64,000 nucleotides of DNA from Alphaproteobacteria bacterium (GTDB lineage: Bacteria; Pseudomonadota; Alphaproteobacteria; ATCC43930; CGMCC-115725). This document shows, in pieces, positions 54,129 through 63,492 of the stretch. Under the pieces are notes generated by a model that had not been told where the DNA came from, made no database searches, and saw only the letters and a list, made by a program, of their open reading frames with translations. The first letter of the stretch is position 1; each line of letters begins with the position of its first letter. Made by a program: the position numbers and the translations under genes. The stretch is taken from positions 40,445-104,444 of the forward strand of contig JAGWON010000012.1 in NCBI GenBank assembly GCA_028871055.1. Reading direction: 5' to 3'.

Positions 54129-55743
54129 TCTTGCCAGCCTCCAGAAACTTCTCAGGGTTGACGGGCCTGCCGTCGAGCCGAATTTCATAGTGGAGATGCG
54201 GACCAGTGCTGCGTCCGGTGCTGCCCAACTGGCCGATTTCGACGTGCGCGGCAACGCGTTCGCCGCGGGCAGCCATGATACGGTGAAGATGGGCATAAAG
54301 GGTCACGATGCCATGGCCATGATCGACCTCGACCGTGCGCCCGTAACCCTCTTTCCAGCCGGTGAAGATGACGACGCCGGGTGCGGTACTGTATACCGGC
54401 GCGCGATAGGATGCGTCGAGATCGATGCCGGTATGGAACGCGGCGCGATGATTGAACGGATCGAACCGCGGGCCGAAGGGGCTACCGATCTCGTAGCGCA
54501 CACCGAGAGGCGGCCGCAATGGCAGCAGCTTTGCGACCTTGAGCAGCGCGGCGACGCGGCGCCGCTCGAGCGCGTTGCTGCGCATGCTGTCGAGCGCCAC
54601 GAATGGACCGCCGCTCGCCCCGGTCGCTACGCTGGGGCTGATACGACGCAGAAGCTTGTCGATGTCGACGCCTGTCGAGGCCAGGACACGCTCGAGTTCA
54701 CTCGTCGGCCGATGGTCGCCGCGATCTGGCCCAAGTTGCGCTACTTGCGGCGCCGGCTCGACTGTGCCGGGATTGTTGACGAGTGCGTCGGGAACGAGCG
54801 CGCTGTGCTTTTGCGGATCGACCGCCCCCGATGTCACTGCGGGCTTCGCCGCCGGTGCGCTGGCACCCGGCGCGGTAGACGGAGCGGCGCCGAGCTGCTC
54901 ACCCGGCTTGGCAAGCTGCGAGCGCAGTTTCGCGAGTTGCTCGTCCTTGCTATCGACAATCGCCTTCAGGAGATTGGCCCGAGCGGTCAGCGTCTGCATA
55001 TCGACTTCGAGCTGGTGCGCGCGCGCCTTCTCGGCGACACGCGCCTGCTCCGCCTGTTTCAGATGGGCGCGCAGATCGTCGATCGACCTCTTGAGCTGGG
55101 CGACGTTGCCGTTATTGGCAGCGAGCTGTTGCTCGGCTGAATCGAGTTTCTGCTGCAAATCCTGTTGCGCCTGGTCGGTTGCGGTTTCACTGGTCGATTG
55201 GTTGGCAACGGCCGCGTCATAGCGCTGCTTGAGCACCGTGTATTGCGCGTTGACGGCAGCGAGTTGTTGGTTGAGCGCAGCGAGCGCGTTGTCGCTTGGT
55301 GCCGCCGGAGCATTCACGGCATCGGTGGCGACGTGACTGCGCCGCGGCGCGGCGCCGACCTGATCGAGCGCGCGATGCATCGCAAAATAGCCGACGGCCA
55401 AATAGCTGACGCCGCCAAACGTGCCGATGCACGCGATGACGATCATCGCCTGCAGCCAACTCGGCAGCAGAACCAAACGGACGCGTTCTGTCGAGCGTAG
55501 TAAAATCTGGCGCTCGGGAAACAGACGTCCCCCTAAATCACGCAGCCCACCGACCAAAGGCCCCCCGTTAGACCGAATGAACGAATTCGGTGGTGCCGGC
55601 CCCTCTCGGAGATTGCACCATGTCGAACCGGCGCCTTGCCGGACGCGCGGTTCACCGAATGGAGTGACGGCGCTTGCCATCCATGTCCGCCGGCCTGGTC
55701 GCCGGCTTGACGCGAGCGGGTCGTGGTTGGAACCCGCAGCCAT
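54103..55743 (-). CDS. M23-family peptidoglycan metalloendopeptidase with coiled-coil region
   Basis: HTGIDLDA...GYGRTVEVDHGHGIVTLYAHL...GSTGRSTGPHLHYEIR. One TM segment plus a long coiled coil. Start uncertain. Confidence 0.88.
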   Translation of the reverse strand: MAAGSNHDPLASSRRPGRRTWMASAVTPFGEPRVRQGAGSTWCNLREGPAPPNSFIRSNGGPLVGGLRDLGGRLFPERQILLRSTERVRLVLLPSWLQAMIVIACIGTFGGVSYLAVGYFAMHRALDQVGAAPRRSHVATDAVNAPAAPSDNALAALNQQLAAVNAQYTVLKQRYDAAVANQSTSETATDQAQQDLQQKLDSAEQQLAANNGNVAQLKRSIDDLRAHLKQAEQARVAEKARAHQLEVDMQTLTARANLLKAIVDSKDEQLAKLRSQLAKPGEQLGAAPSTAPGASAPAAKPAVTSGAVDPQKHSALVPDALVNNPGTVEPAPQVAQLGPDRGDHRPTSELERVLASTGVDIDKLLRRISPSVATGASGGPFVALDSMRSNALERRRVAALLKVAKLLPLRPPLGVRYEIGSPFGPRFDPFNHRAAFHTGIDLDASYRAPVYSTAPGVVIFTGWKEGYGRTVEVDHGHGIVTLYAHLHRIMAARGERVAAHVEIGQLGSTGRSTGPHLHYEIRLDGRPVNPEKFLEAGKNVVRASAH

Positions 55744-55879
55744 TCGCCGCAGAAAACCTAACGGATTTACCGGCAGTTAGGCAAGCCTATTCGGCCGCCA
55801 AATCCATTTCGCCGACCCGATAGTCTGGAAACTTTACAACTGTAAAGCGATGGCGCTGGGCAACCGTACTGAAATCCCT

Positions 55880-56452
55880 TTACCGGCTTGCGACTTGCCG
55901 GTCGGGCGATGCCGGCATTAGCGGGGTGGGCAGATGCAGCCACCAACCGGTTTCGTTAATCGAGTAGTACGCCCGGTAGTTGGGATTTGCCGCGGCCGAG
56001 ACGACACGCGGCGCCAGATTGTCGAGCATCAGCGCGTGCCCGACACGGTGACGACGAGCACCGCATGATCGACTTGACGCCGAATGTCGCGCAGCACGAC
56101 GAGCGGCATTGCATTGTTAGAAACGCCGAGTTCACGCAAGAGCAGAAATTTCGTGATCGCGTAATCCTGGCACTGGCCGTCGCGGCGCAGGAATTCGAAG
56201 GGTGTTCCCATAACGACGGATCGCCCCAATTTGCGAGCAATGAATTTGGCGATCGCCGAACATCGGTATCGCCGGCGAGTGTTGGATCGGCGCCGTCGCC
56301 GGCGACAAAGCAGCAAGCTCTTCGGCTGGAACGTGAGTCGGAGGATTCAGGCTCAGCATCGCGCCGAGCAATAACGCCAGCCCCTTCGCGCGCGCATGTC
56401 GCACCTCGGCTCGTAAACCCGAGGTCGACGCTAGAGATGCGGAGCTTAACAC
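55880..56452 (-). pseudogene. Transglutaminase-like cysteine peptidase (BTLCP/LapG-like), at least 2-3 frameshifts
   Basis: Three frames are needed. (1) Signal peptide (V)RHARAKGLALLLGAMLSL. (2) ..LANWGDPSLWEHP. (3) FEFLRRDGQCQDYAITKFLLLRELGV...VDHAVLVVTVSGTR*. Then LMLDNLAPRVVSAAANPNYRAYYSINETGWW follows in a different reading frame. Confidence 0.55.
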
Positions 56453-56503
56453 CGCGCTAAATCGGCGGCGCTGTCGCGCGGCAGACGGCTAAAACTTGCG
56501 GCG

Positions 56504-57139
56504 CTATTTCACGATCCAGACCAGACACAGCGGCCGACCGCCTGTCGCGCTGACCGGCACGAGACGCGCGTTAGCCGCGAGCACACGACCGGGTGCGATA
56601 TGGATCATGCGTGCGCTTTCGGCGGTGATCCACGTACCGCCAAGTTCCGCCCAGAGCGCGTCGACAGCCAGCCCTGGCCGGCAACGGAATCGGAAATGCC
56701 GTAGCAGCGGTGTGCCCACCACCTGCTCCGGCGCCAGTCCCAGCCATTCCGTGAACGGTGCATTGGCGGCAACGATCCGCTGCTCGGCATCGGCGGCGAG
56801 CGCGGGTGTCGGTGCGCTCTGGACGAGGGCCAAGACGCTCGTATGCTCGGCTGCGAGCTCGCGCGACAGCGTCATGCCGCGCAATTCTTCGAGACAGAAG
56901 ACGCGGAGGTGGGAGGCGAGGTTGGCGCCGCCAGCGCCGGCGGCGATCTCGGCAACCAGACGATTGAGCCGGATGCGACGGCGGGCGGCGATCGTTTCCA
57001 GCGTCTGCCAGTAACCGGCTTCGAGCCGCAACGAATAGCGGCGACCGGCAGCCTGGAGTATCCGCTGCTGCGGCATGCCGCCGTCGCGCCCGCCCATCAC
57101 GATCTCGTCCTGCACCATACCGTCGCCGCCTGACATCAC
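56504..57139 (-). CDS. Ribbon-helix-helix + PAS-like domain protein
   Basis: RRYSLRLEAGYWQTLETIAARRRIRLNRLVAEI (RHH), followed by a PAS-like ..IVAANAPFTEWLGLAPEQVVGTPLL. Start uncertain. Confidence 0.6.
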   Translation of the reverse strand: MMSGGDGMVQDEIVMGGRDGGMPQQRILQAAGRRYSLRLEAGYWQTLETIAARRRIRLNRLVAEIAAGAGGANLASHLRVFCLEELRGMTLSRELAAEHTSVLALVQSAPTPALAADAEQRIVAANAPFTEWLGLAPEQVVGTPLLRHFRFRCRPGLAVDALWAELGGTWITAESARMIHIAPGRVLAANARLVPVSATGGRPLCLVWIVK

Positions 57140-57234
57140 ACCGGGGTGTATAGGATTCCGCAGAATTCCTTTTGTGCGGTTAATTTCGCCGTGCCAGTCT
57201 GGCGTCGTTAACCATCACAGGAGGACGGCCGAGG

Positions 57235-57591
57235 ATGGGTGCCGGAATCCGTGTTACGGGCATTACCGCCGGTGACGAGCCGATCGCGCTGGGCAACGTC
57301 GAACATGCCTTTCTATCGGCCGACGCCGGCGCTTCGGGCGGGACCGAGACGCTGACGTTGACCCTCGATGATCTCATTCCCGATGCACACAACGAAATCG
57401 TAATTCTCGACGCTAGCGGCCACGACATCGCCGTGGTAACGCCGGACGCGATCGCTGCGCAGGGTGTCGCAGATGCGCACGTGACCGCCACGGGCCTCGA
57501 TGTCTCGGGCTTTGCCTATTGCACCTTCGACGGTGGTGTGACGGTGTTCTACCCGTCGACGCACCGGCTGATCGTGACGAACGACGCCTGA
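57235..57591 (+). CDS. Hypothetical 118-aa acidic protein
   Basis: AGGAGG 9 nt before the ATG. MGAGIRVTGITAGDEPIALGNVEHAFLSADAGASGGTETLTLTLDDLIPDAHNEIVILDASGHD... No family recognised. Confidence 0.5.
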   Translation: MGAGIRVTGITAGDEPIALGNVEHAFLSADAGASGGTETLTLTLDDLIPDAHNEIVILDASGHDIAVVTPDAIAAQGVADAHVTATGLDVSGFAYCTFDGGVTVFYPSTHRLIVTNDA

Positions 57592-57598
57592 ACGAACG

Positions 57599-58123
57599 TC
57601 AGCCGAAGATTGGCAGCATCGGCGCCATCAGGACGCCGGCGACAGCGATCGGAATGCCGTAGGGGATCGGCAGGTTCTTGTGCGCGAATGCCGGCAGACG
57701 GCGCAGCGTTGCCAGGATCGTGGCTTGCACGAAAGGATGCCGCAGCACCACGCACACGATTGCGAATACGCCGCCGACCAGTGCGACCAGCACCAAGAAC
57801 GGCAAAAGCTGCCCCAAGCCTATCCAAAGTGCCGTGGCGGCCAGCAGCTTGACGTCGCCACCGCCCATCAAGCGGAGGGCGAACAGCACCGCGGCAACAA
57901 CGAAGACGGCAACGCCGGCGACGACGTGCGACAACCAGTCGACCGGCTGCCCCGCGGCGAGCGCGCCGATCGGAAACGCGAGCGCAAGCGCGCCCGTGAG
58001 CCAATTGGGTATGCGCAGCGTCCGAAAGTCGCTGACGCCCGCCATGACCAGCGGCACGACGTAGACCGCCAGCGCAGCCTCGCCGCCGAGGCCGAGACGG
58101 GCGAGTGCCCAGGGATGATCCAT
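57599..58123 (-). CDS. cpaA: A24-family prepilin peptidase (CpaA/TadV-like)
   Basis: VSDFRTLRIPNWL and MGGGDVKLLAATALW catalytic Asp motifs. 174 aa, polytopic. Confidence 0.82.
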   Translation of the reverse strand: MDHPWALARLGLGGEAALAVYVVPLVMAGVSDFRTLRIPNWLTGALALAFPIGALAAGQPVDWLSHVVAGVAVFVVAAVLFALRLMGGGDVKLLAATALWIGLGQLLPFLVLVALVGGVFAIVCVVLRHPFVQATILATLRRLPAFAHKNLPIPYGIPIAVAGVLMAPMLPIFG

Positions 58124-58171
58124 GGCGGGATCATCGGCGGCCTTGGTTAGCGAAGCGTTAAGGCACTGAGC

Positions 58172-59506
58172 TTAGCGCTCAGTGAGAGCATGATCCTTGG
58201 CGTCGAGGATGGGCTTCAGGAGATAGTCCAGCACCGTCCGATGCCCGGTCAGGATCTCGACCTGCGCGGTCATGCCGGGCATGATCGGCAGTGGATGCTC
58301 TGGCGTGCTGAGATAGTTCTTGTCGGTACGCAGCATGACGCGGAAGAACGTCTGTGAACGATCGCCGGTCTGCTCGTTGATGCTGTCCGCGCTGATGCGC
58401 TCGAGCTGTGCCTTGAGGCCGCCATAGACCGCAAAGTCGTAGGCGGTGATCTTGACCATCGCGTTCTGCCCTGGATGCAGAAAAGCGACGTCGGACGGGC
58501 GAATCTTTGCTTCGACCAACAACGTATCGTCGAGCGGCACGATCTCGACCAGATCCTGACCCGGCTGGATCGCGGCACCGATGGTGTTGATTTTGATGTC
58601 CTTGATGACTCCGCGCACCGGCGAGCGAACTTCAGTCCGTTGCACCCGGTCCTTCTCGGCGAATGCTTTTTGGGTCAGGGCCTGGAGCTCTGCCGAGTGC
58701 CGGTTTAGCTCCGCGCGCGCATCGGCATGGAATCCGTCGATCTTCTCTTGGATGCGGCGTTGCGCTTCGTCGCGCGCGGCTTGGGCGCGGGGCAGTTGGG
58801 CCTGCGTTTCCGCCAACTGACCCTCGAGGTCGCTCACCTGCTGTTCGATCTTGACCAGATCGAGTTGCGCGGCAGCGCCCTTCGCGATCAGCGGCGCCGT
58901 GATATCGCGAGCCTTCTTTGCGAGCGTAAGCGACCGCGACAGCGCTTCCTGCCGGGTCTTGAGCTCGGCGATGTTCTGCTGGCGTTGCGTGAGCTGGTCC
59001 TGGAGAACGCCGACCGCGGTTTTAAGCTGGGCGATCTGGGTGTTGTAGAGCGCACGCTCGCTGCTGACGATCTGCGGCGCTTCCTTCTCGACATCGGCCG
59101 GAACGACTGGCGCTTTGTCTTCGGTTTCAGCCGTCAACCGCGCCATCATCGCCTTGAGCGTCAACTCCTGGAAGCGGCTGTCGCGGTAGGCAGCCTCTGC
59201 GGTGCTATTGGCGATGCGCAACAGCACATCGCCCTTCTGCACGATCTGGCCATCGTGTACCAGCATCTCGGACAGGATCCCGCCCTCCAAGTTCTGGATG
59301 ATCTGGACCCGCTGAGACGGGACCACGCGCGCGGCGCCGCGCGTGACCTCGTCGAGCGTCGCAAAGTTTCCCCAGACGACGAAGACCACAAAAAACGCGA
59401 TGACACACATCGTCAGCAGATAAGCGAAGCGGTGGACCTGCCCCCGAAGCGCGAGCTCCACGTCGGGCAGAAAATCGCCGTCGATCTTTTGAATGAGGCT
59501 CATCAC
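58172..59506 (-). CDS. HlyD-family type I secretion adaptor
   Basis: N-terminal TM segment, long coiled coil, C-terminal ..GMTAQVEILTGHRTVLDYLLKP. ATGA overlap with the ABC gene. Confidence 0.9.
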   Translation of the reverse strand: MMSLIQKIDGDFLPDVELALRGQVHRFAYLLTMCVIAFFVVFVVWGNFATLDEVTRGAARVVPSQRVQIIQNLEGGILSEMLVHDGQIVQKGDVLLRIANSTAEAAYRDSRFQELTLKAMMARLTAETEDKAPVVPADVEKEAPQIVSSERALYNTQIAQLKTAVGVLQDQLTQRQQNIAELKTRQEALSRSLTLAKKARDITAPLIAKGAAAQLDLVKIEQQVSDLEGQLAETQAQLPRAQAARDEAQRRIQEKIDGFHADARAELNRHSAELQALTQKAFAEKDRVQRTEVRSPVRGVIKDIKINTIGAAIQPGQDLVEIVPLDDTLLVEAKIRPSDVAFLHPGQNAMVKITAYDFAVYGGLKAQLERISADSINEQTGDRSQTFFRVMLRTDKNYLSTPEHPLPIMPGMTAQVEILTGHRTVLDYLLKPILDAKDHALTER

Positions 59507-61695
59507 GCGCCTCCGGCGGCAACGCGCAAGCCGCCTTCGGAAAGCTTCTGCAAGACTTTGTCCTTCGGCCCATCGGCAACGATCTGGCCGCTATCCATGA
59601 CGATCAGTCGATCCACCAAAGGCAGCATCGACGTGCGATGCGTGACCAGAAGCAGCGTCTTGTGGGAGAGAACCGGCAGCAGCCGCGCGCGGAGCTTGTT
59701 TTCTGCGGTATTGTCCATGGCACCGGTCGGCTCGTCCATCAACAGGATCGGCGGATCGAAGAGCAGCGCGCGCGCAATGGTGACGGCTTCGCGCTGGCCA
59801 CCGGACAGGTATCGGCCGTGCTCGCCGACCTGCATGTCGAAACCTTCGGGATGGCGTTTTACGAAGTCGTCGACGCCGGCGATGGTCGCGGCTTCAAGAA
59901 CGGCGCGGTGGTTGGCGTGCGGCGCCGCGAGTGCGATATTGTCCTTGACCGAGCCGAAGAACAGAAAGGCATCCTGCGGCACATAGCCGAGGTTACGCCG
60001 CAAATCGGCGGGGTCGATCTGGCGCAGATCGGTGCCGTCGAGCAGAATCGCACCCGTGCTGGGCTGATAGAGACCGGCGAGCAGGCGGGCGAGCGTGCTC
60101 TTGCCTGAGCCGATGCGGCCGATGATGCCGACCTTCTCGCCCGGCTGAATGCGGAACGACACGCCATGCAGCGCGGTCTGGTCGTGGCCCGGATAGGCGA
60201 AGTTGACGCCGCGGAACTCGATCGCGCCTTCAAGGCGCGGCCGGTGAAGGAAGCTCTTGCCTGCCGGCCGCTCGAGCGGAAGGCTCATCACTTTGTTGAG
60301 CGCGCCCAGCGATACCGTCGATTGGTGGATCTTGACCAGCAAGGCCGCGATCTGTGATAGCGGCGACATCGCGCGCGATGCGAGGAGCGAGGCCGCAACT
60401 AGCGCGCCGACGGTGAGATCGCCTCTGGCGATCTCGAACACGCCGACCACAACGACGAGAACATACACCATGTTCTGCACCAGAACGGCGGCATTGACGC
60501 CGATCGTCGACAAGAAGCGCGCTTTCATGGCGGTACGCGCGGTCGCGCCGACGAAGCGTTCCCACAGGCGCTGGGCACGTCCTTCGGCTCCGGCGATCTT
60601 GATGGTGTCGAGGCCTTCGAGTGATTCCACCAGAATAGCGTGCTTCTGAAAGCCTTCACGCATGGTGTGGCTGATCACGCCACGAAGCGAAAGCTGCAGC
60701 AGGAAGCCGACGCCCAGCAGAACCGGGACGGCCAGCAACGGCACCAGGGCGACGAGAGGGCCGGCCACCAGCGCAATGATCACGATGAACAGGGCCGCGA
60801 ACGGCAAATCCGCGATCGCCATCACCGTCGACGAGGTCACCAGCTCCCGGAGGGTCTCGAATTCGCGCAGATTGGCGGCAAGTGCGCCGACCGAAGCCGG
60901 CCGCGCGTCGTAGCGCATGCCGAGGACATGGGCGAAGATACGGCTTGCCAGAACGATGTCGGCGTTCTTACCGGCGCTGTCGACGAAATAGCTGCGCGCC
61001 GTGCGCAGGACGAAATCGAATCCGAAGACGACAAGCACGCCGCTCGCCAGGACCCAAAGTGTCGCCACCGCATTGTTCGGCACGACACGGTCGTACACGT
61101 TCATGACAAAGAGCGGACTGGCGATCGTCAGCAAGTTGATGACGATCGAAGCGATCGCGGCATGGGCATACACTTTCCAGAACCGCTTGAGCGTGCCCCA
61201 GAACCATGATTCCGCGGTGCCCGGCGCAACATCGTCGGTCCGCGCGTCGAAACGATAGTCGGCGCGGGCAAACAATGCGTAGCCGGCATAGAGGTCCTCG
61301 ATCTCGTGCAACGGCAAGCGGATTGGCTCGCCCGCGGTGCCGGGTAAAATGATCGTTGCGTCGCCGCCATCGAGCCCCGCGAGGACGCAGCCGCCGCCGC
61401 CATGGAGCATCAGCACGCAGGGCAGATTGGCGGGGGCGATCTCGCCGAGCGCGCGACGCCGCCAGGCGGCGGTGATGCCGGCGCGCTGCGCCGCGCGCAC
61501 GATCATCTCGGGCGACAGCCGCTGGTCCAAAACCGGCAAGCCGGCGCGCAACGCTTCGGCGGAGATCGGACGTTCGAACAGGCCGGCGAGGATCGACAGC
61601 GACAGTAAGAGCGGATCGTGCGGCGCTGCCGCCGCCATCGCGCGGCGCGGCGCGGCGCGCTGAGCAAGAATGGCCTCGTCGATATTAATGGTCAT
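59503..61695 (-). CDS. Type I secretion ABC permease/ATPase with N-terminal C39-like domain
   Basis: 730 aa. Walker A GRIGSGKST, signature LSGGQRE, Walker B LLMDEPT. About 150-aa N-terminal extension. Confidence 0.92.
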   Translation of the reverse strand: MTINIDEAILAQRAAPRRAMAAAAPHDPLLLSLSILAGLFERPISAEALRAGLPVLDQRLSPEMIVRAAQRAGITAAWRRRALGEIAPANLPCVLMLHGGGGCVLAGLDGGDATIILPGTAGEPIRLPLHEIEDLYAGYALFARADYRFDARTDDVAPGTAESWFWGTLKRFWKVYAHAAIASIVINLLTIASPLFVMNVYDRVVPNNAVATLWVLASGVLVVFGFDFVLRTARSYFVDSAGKNADIVLASRIFAHVLGMRYDARPASVGALAANLREFETLRELVTSSTVMAIADLPFAALFIVIIALVAGPLVALVPLLAVPVLLGVGFLLQLSLRGVISHTMREGFQKHAILVESLEGLDTIKIAGAEGRAQRLWERFVGATARTAMKARFLSTIGVNAAVLVQNMVYVLVVVVGVFEIARGDLTVGALVAASLLASRAMSPLSQIAALLVKIHQSTVSLGALNKVMSLPLERPAGKSFLHRPRLEGAIEFRGVNFAYPGHDQTALHGVSFRIQPGEKVGIIGRIGSGKSTLARLLAGLYQPSTGAILLDGTDLRQIDPADLRRNLGYVPQDAFLFFGSVKDNIALAAPHANHRAVLEAATIAGVDDFVKRHPEGFDMQVGEHGRYLSGGQREAVTIARALLFDPPILLMDEPTGAMDNTAENKLRARLLPVLSHKTLLLVTHRTSMLPLVDRLIVMDSGQIVADGPKDKVLQKLSEGGLRVAAGGA

Positions 61696-61749
61696 TTGGT
61701 GAACGCCTCATCCTGCGCCGCCGCGCTGCGGGTGCGGCCGGCTTGTCGT

Positions 61750-63120
61750 TCAGGTGCCCTCGGGACGGATCGGACGCGGGGTCGGATGGTTCGGATCGGC
61801 TTGAGGCGGCGGCTGGACATTGAGCGCCTGCAGCAGGTCACCCTGAATGGCGAGGATCTTGTAGCCCTGGAACACCGCTTGGCTGCGTGCATTCTCGGCA
61901 TTGATCTGCGCCTGAAAGAAGTCGTTCTGGGCGTCCAGCAGGTCGAGCAGGCTGCGTTGGCTCAATTGATATTGCTGGTCATAGGCGGTCCGCACTTCGC
62001 TGTCGTGTTGCGCCGAGCTGGCCAGCAGAGGCACGCGCCGCTGTGCCGCCTCATAGGCCGCCCAGGCCTGACGTAGATCTTGCTCGGACTTGCGCAGAGC
62101 TTCGAGCCGATCGGTACGGGCTTGCTCGACTTGCGCATAGGCAGCCTCGCGGTTGTGGATGTCGGCGCCGCCGGCGTAGAGATTCCAGTGCAGCACGATC
62201 AGCGCGCGTGCCTCGTTGTCGCGGCCCGGAACGCCACCGACGTTGTGATTGTGATCGCCACCGACTTCGAGATTGATCTTGGGGTCGAAGCGCGAATCCG
62301 CCAACTCGACCGCCGCCTTGGCTGAATCGATATCGGCTTCACGCGCCTTCACCGTTGGATTGGCGCCGCGCATGATGCGAATGCTGGATTCGACGTCGGT
62401 CGGCAACAGACCGACCGGCACCGATGGATCTTCGAGCGTCCCGGGCGCTTGGCCGACGATGGTGAGATAGCGCGCTTCGGCATCGGCCAGATTGCCCCGG
62501 ATTTGATCGCGTTCGGCCTGCGCCTGCTCGTAGCGCGCCAGCGCCTGCGACAGACTTGCCGCGGTGCCGGCGCCGCCCGAGCTACGCGCCTGGACGCGTT
62601 GCACGATATCGGCATGCGCCTGCACATTCTTGTCGGCAAAGCTCAGGATGCGGCGCAGTCGGACGACATCGAGATGCGCCTCGACTGCATCCAGACCGAC
62701 ATATTGCGAGTTCTCGGCCACGCGGTAGGCGGCGGAGTGCGAGCGGCCCAGTTGGTGGTCCACTTCGGCCGTCGTGGCCCCGCCATCGTAGATCTTCTGC
62801 GTCAGGACCGCCGACAGCTCCTGGCGAATGTGCTCGCCGTTGCTGCCGGGGGGCGTGAAGACGTTCTCGGTGTATTCGGGACCGAGCGAGGCTCGCATGT
62901 CGACCTGCGGCAGATAGAGGCTGCGCGCACGCCGCAATTCGGAGTCAACCTCAGAGCGATTGTGCTCCATGGAGAGGATTCTGGGGTTGGTCTGCACGGT
63001 CATCCGGACGGTATCGCTCAGGCTTTGCGCTTGCGCGCCCCCGGCAACCAGAATCGCCGCCAGCGCCATACCGGCGCTCAGCGCCCAACCCCGCTTGCTC
63101 GTCGCAGTCCTCAGAACCAT
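61750..63120 (-). CDS. TolC-family outer-membrane channel
   Basis: Signal peptide ..AGGAQAQSL, then two TolC repeats (..RSLYLPQVDM.., ..DSRFDPKINLEVG..). Confidence 0.9.
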   Translation of the reverse strand: MVLRTATSKRGWALSAGMALAAILVAGGAQAQSLSDTVRMTVQTNPRILSMEHNRSEVDSELRRARSLYLPQVDMRASLGPEYTENVFTPPGSNGEHIRQELSAVLTQKIYDGGATTAEVDHQLGRSHSAAYRVAENSQYVGLDAVEAHLDVVRLRRILSFADKNVQAHADIVQRVQARSSGGAGTAASLSQALARYEQAQAERDQIRGNLADAEARYLTIVGQAPGTLEDPSVPVGLLPTDVESSIRIMRGANPTVKAREADIDSAKAAVELADSRFDPKINLEVGGDHNHNVGGVPGRDNEARALIVLHWNLYAGGADIHNREAAYAQVEQARTDRLEALRKSEQDLRQAWAAYEAAQRRVPLLASSAQHDSEVRTAYDQQYQLSQRSLLDLLDAQNDFFQAQINAENARSQAVFQGYKILAIQGDLLQALNVQPPPQADPNHPTPRPIRPEGT

Positions 63121-63168
63121 CGTCCCCGACCATTTTCGTTTCGCCCGGCCCGTTGGTGAGCCGGACGT

Positions 63169-63370
63169 CGTTAACCAGTATTAATTAATATGACAAAATA
63201 TTAGACAGATATGTTAAAAGCACTTACAAGTAATGGTTAACAATAACATGAGCTCTGGTTGGAATATATTCTATAAAAATTGGTACGTCTACCCAATATT
63301 TGCTTAACAAATGTGATTTGTTATGGATTCATATCGATTTCATTAATAGATATTAACGACAGCAAAACAG
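63169..63370 (-). promoter_or_regulatory. Strongly AT-rich control region upstream of the tolC-ABC-hlyD operon
   Basis: My hand count over 63171-63360 gives 51 G+C in 190 nt (about 27%), against roughly 65-70% elsewhere. Contains the perfect palindrome TAACAAAT-GTG-ATTTGTTA (63305-63323) and two GTTAAC sites. Confidence 0.45.
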
Positions 63371-63396
63371 AACCCGCAGAATTGCGCGGGCGCGGC

Positions 63397-63425
63397 ATAA
63401 AAAATGGGCCGCGTTGCCGCGGCCC
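63397..63425 (-). terminator. Rho-independent terminator (minus strand)
   Basis: Minus strand reads GGGCCGCG-GCAA-CGCGGCCC followed by ATTTTTTAT. A second weaker hairpin, CCCGC..GCGGG plus TTCTGTTTTG, follows at about 63361-63392. Confidence 0.5.
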
Positions 63426-63486
63426 AAGTGTAGGGAGGAGACGCCGATATCGGCGTCCTGTGCGTTATATATGCGTGGAAACGCAC
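63398..63486 (-). ncRNA. Candidate trans-acting sRNA with CUCCUCCC anti-Shine-Dalgarno stretch
   Basis: Minus strand: hairpin GUGCGU..ACGCAC, hairpin GACGCCG-AUAU-CGGCGUC, single-stranded UCUCCUCCCUACACUU, then the terminator. No ORF present. A promoter-like TTGCCA-17-GATATT lies upstream. Confidence 0.35.
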
Positions 63487-63492
63487 CGGAGC

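Noticed and set aside
30835-59986. Other long shadow ORFs (30835..31911+, 34580..35947+, 42044..43018+, 44967..46088+, 53818..55140+, 58727..59986+)
   Set aside because: Each is antisense to a gene with strong family motifs: era, spoT, the M20 hydrolase, the MFS transporter, the M23 peptidase and hlyD.
63169-63370. CtrA-box-like TTAA..TTAA motifs in the AT-rich tract
   Set aside because: The TTAA pairs I found (63171-63186 and about 63343-63358) are spaced N6, not the canonical N7. In 27% GC DNA such matches are expected by chance.
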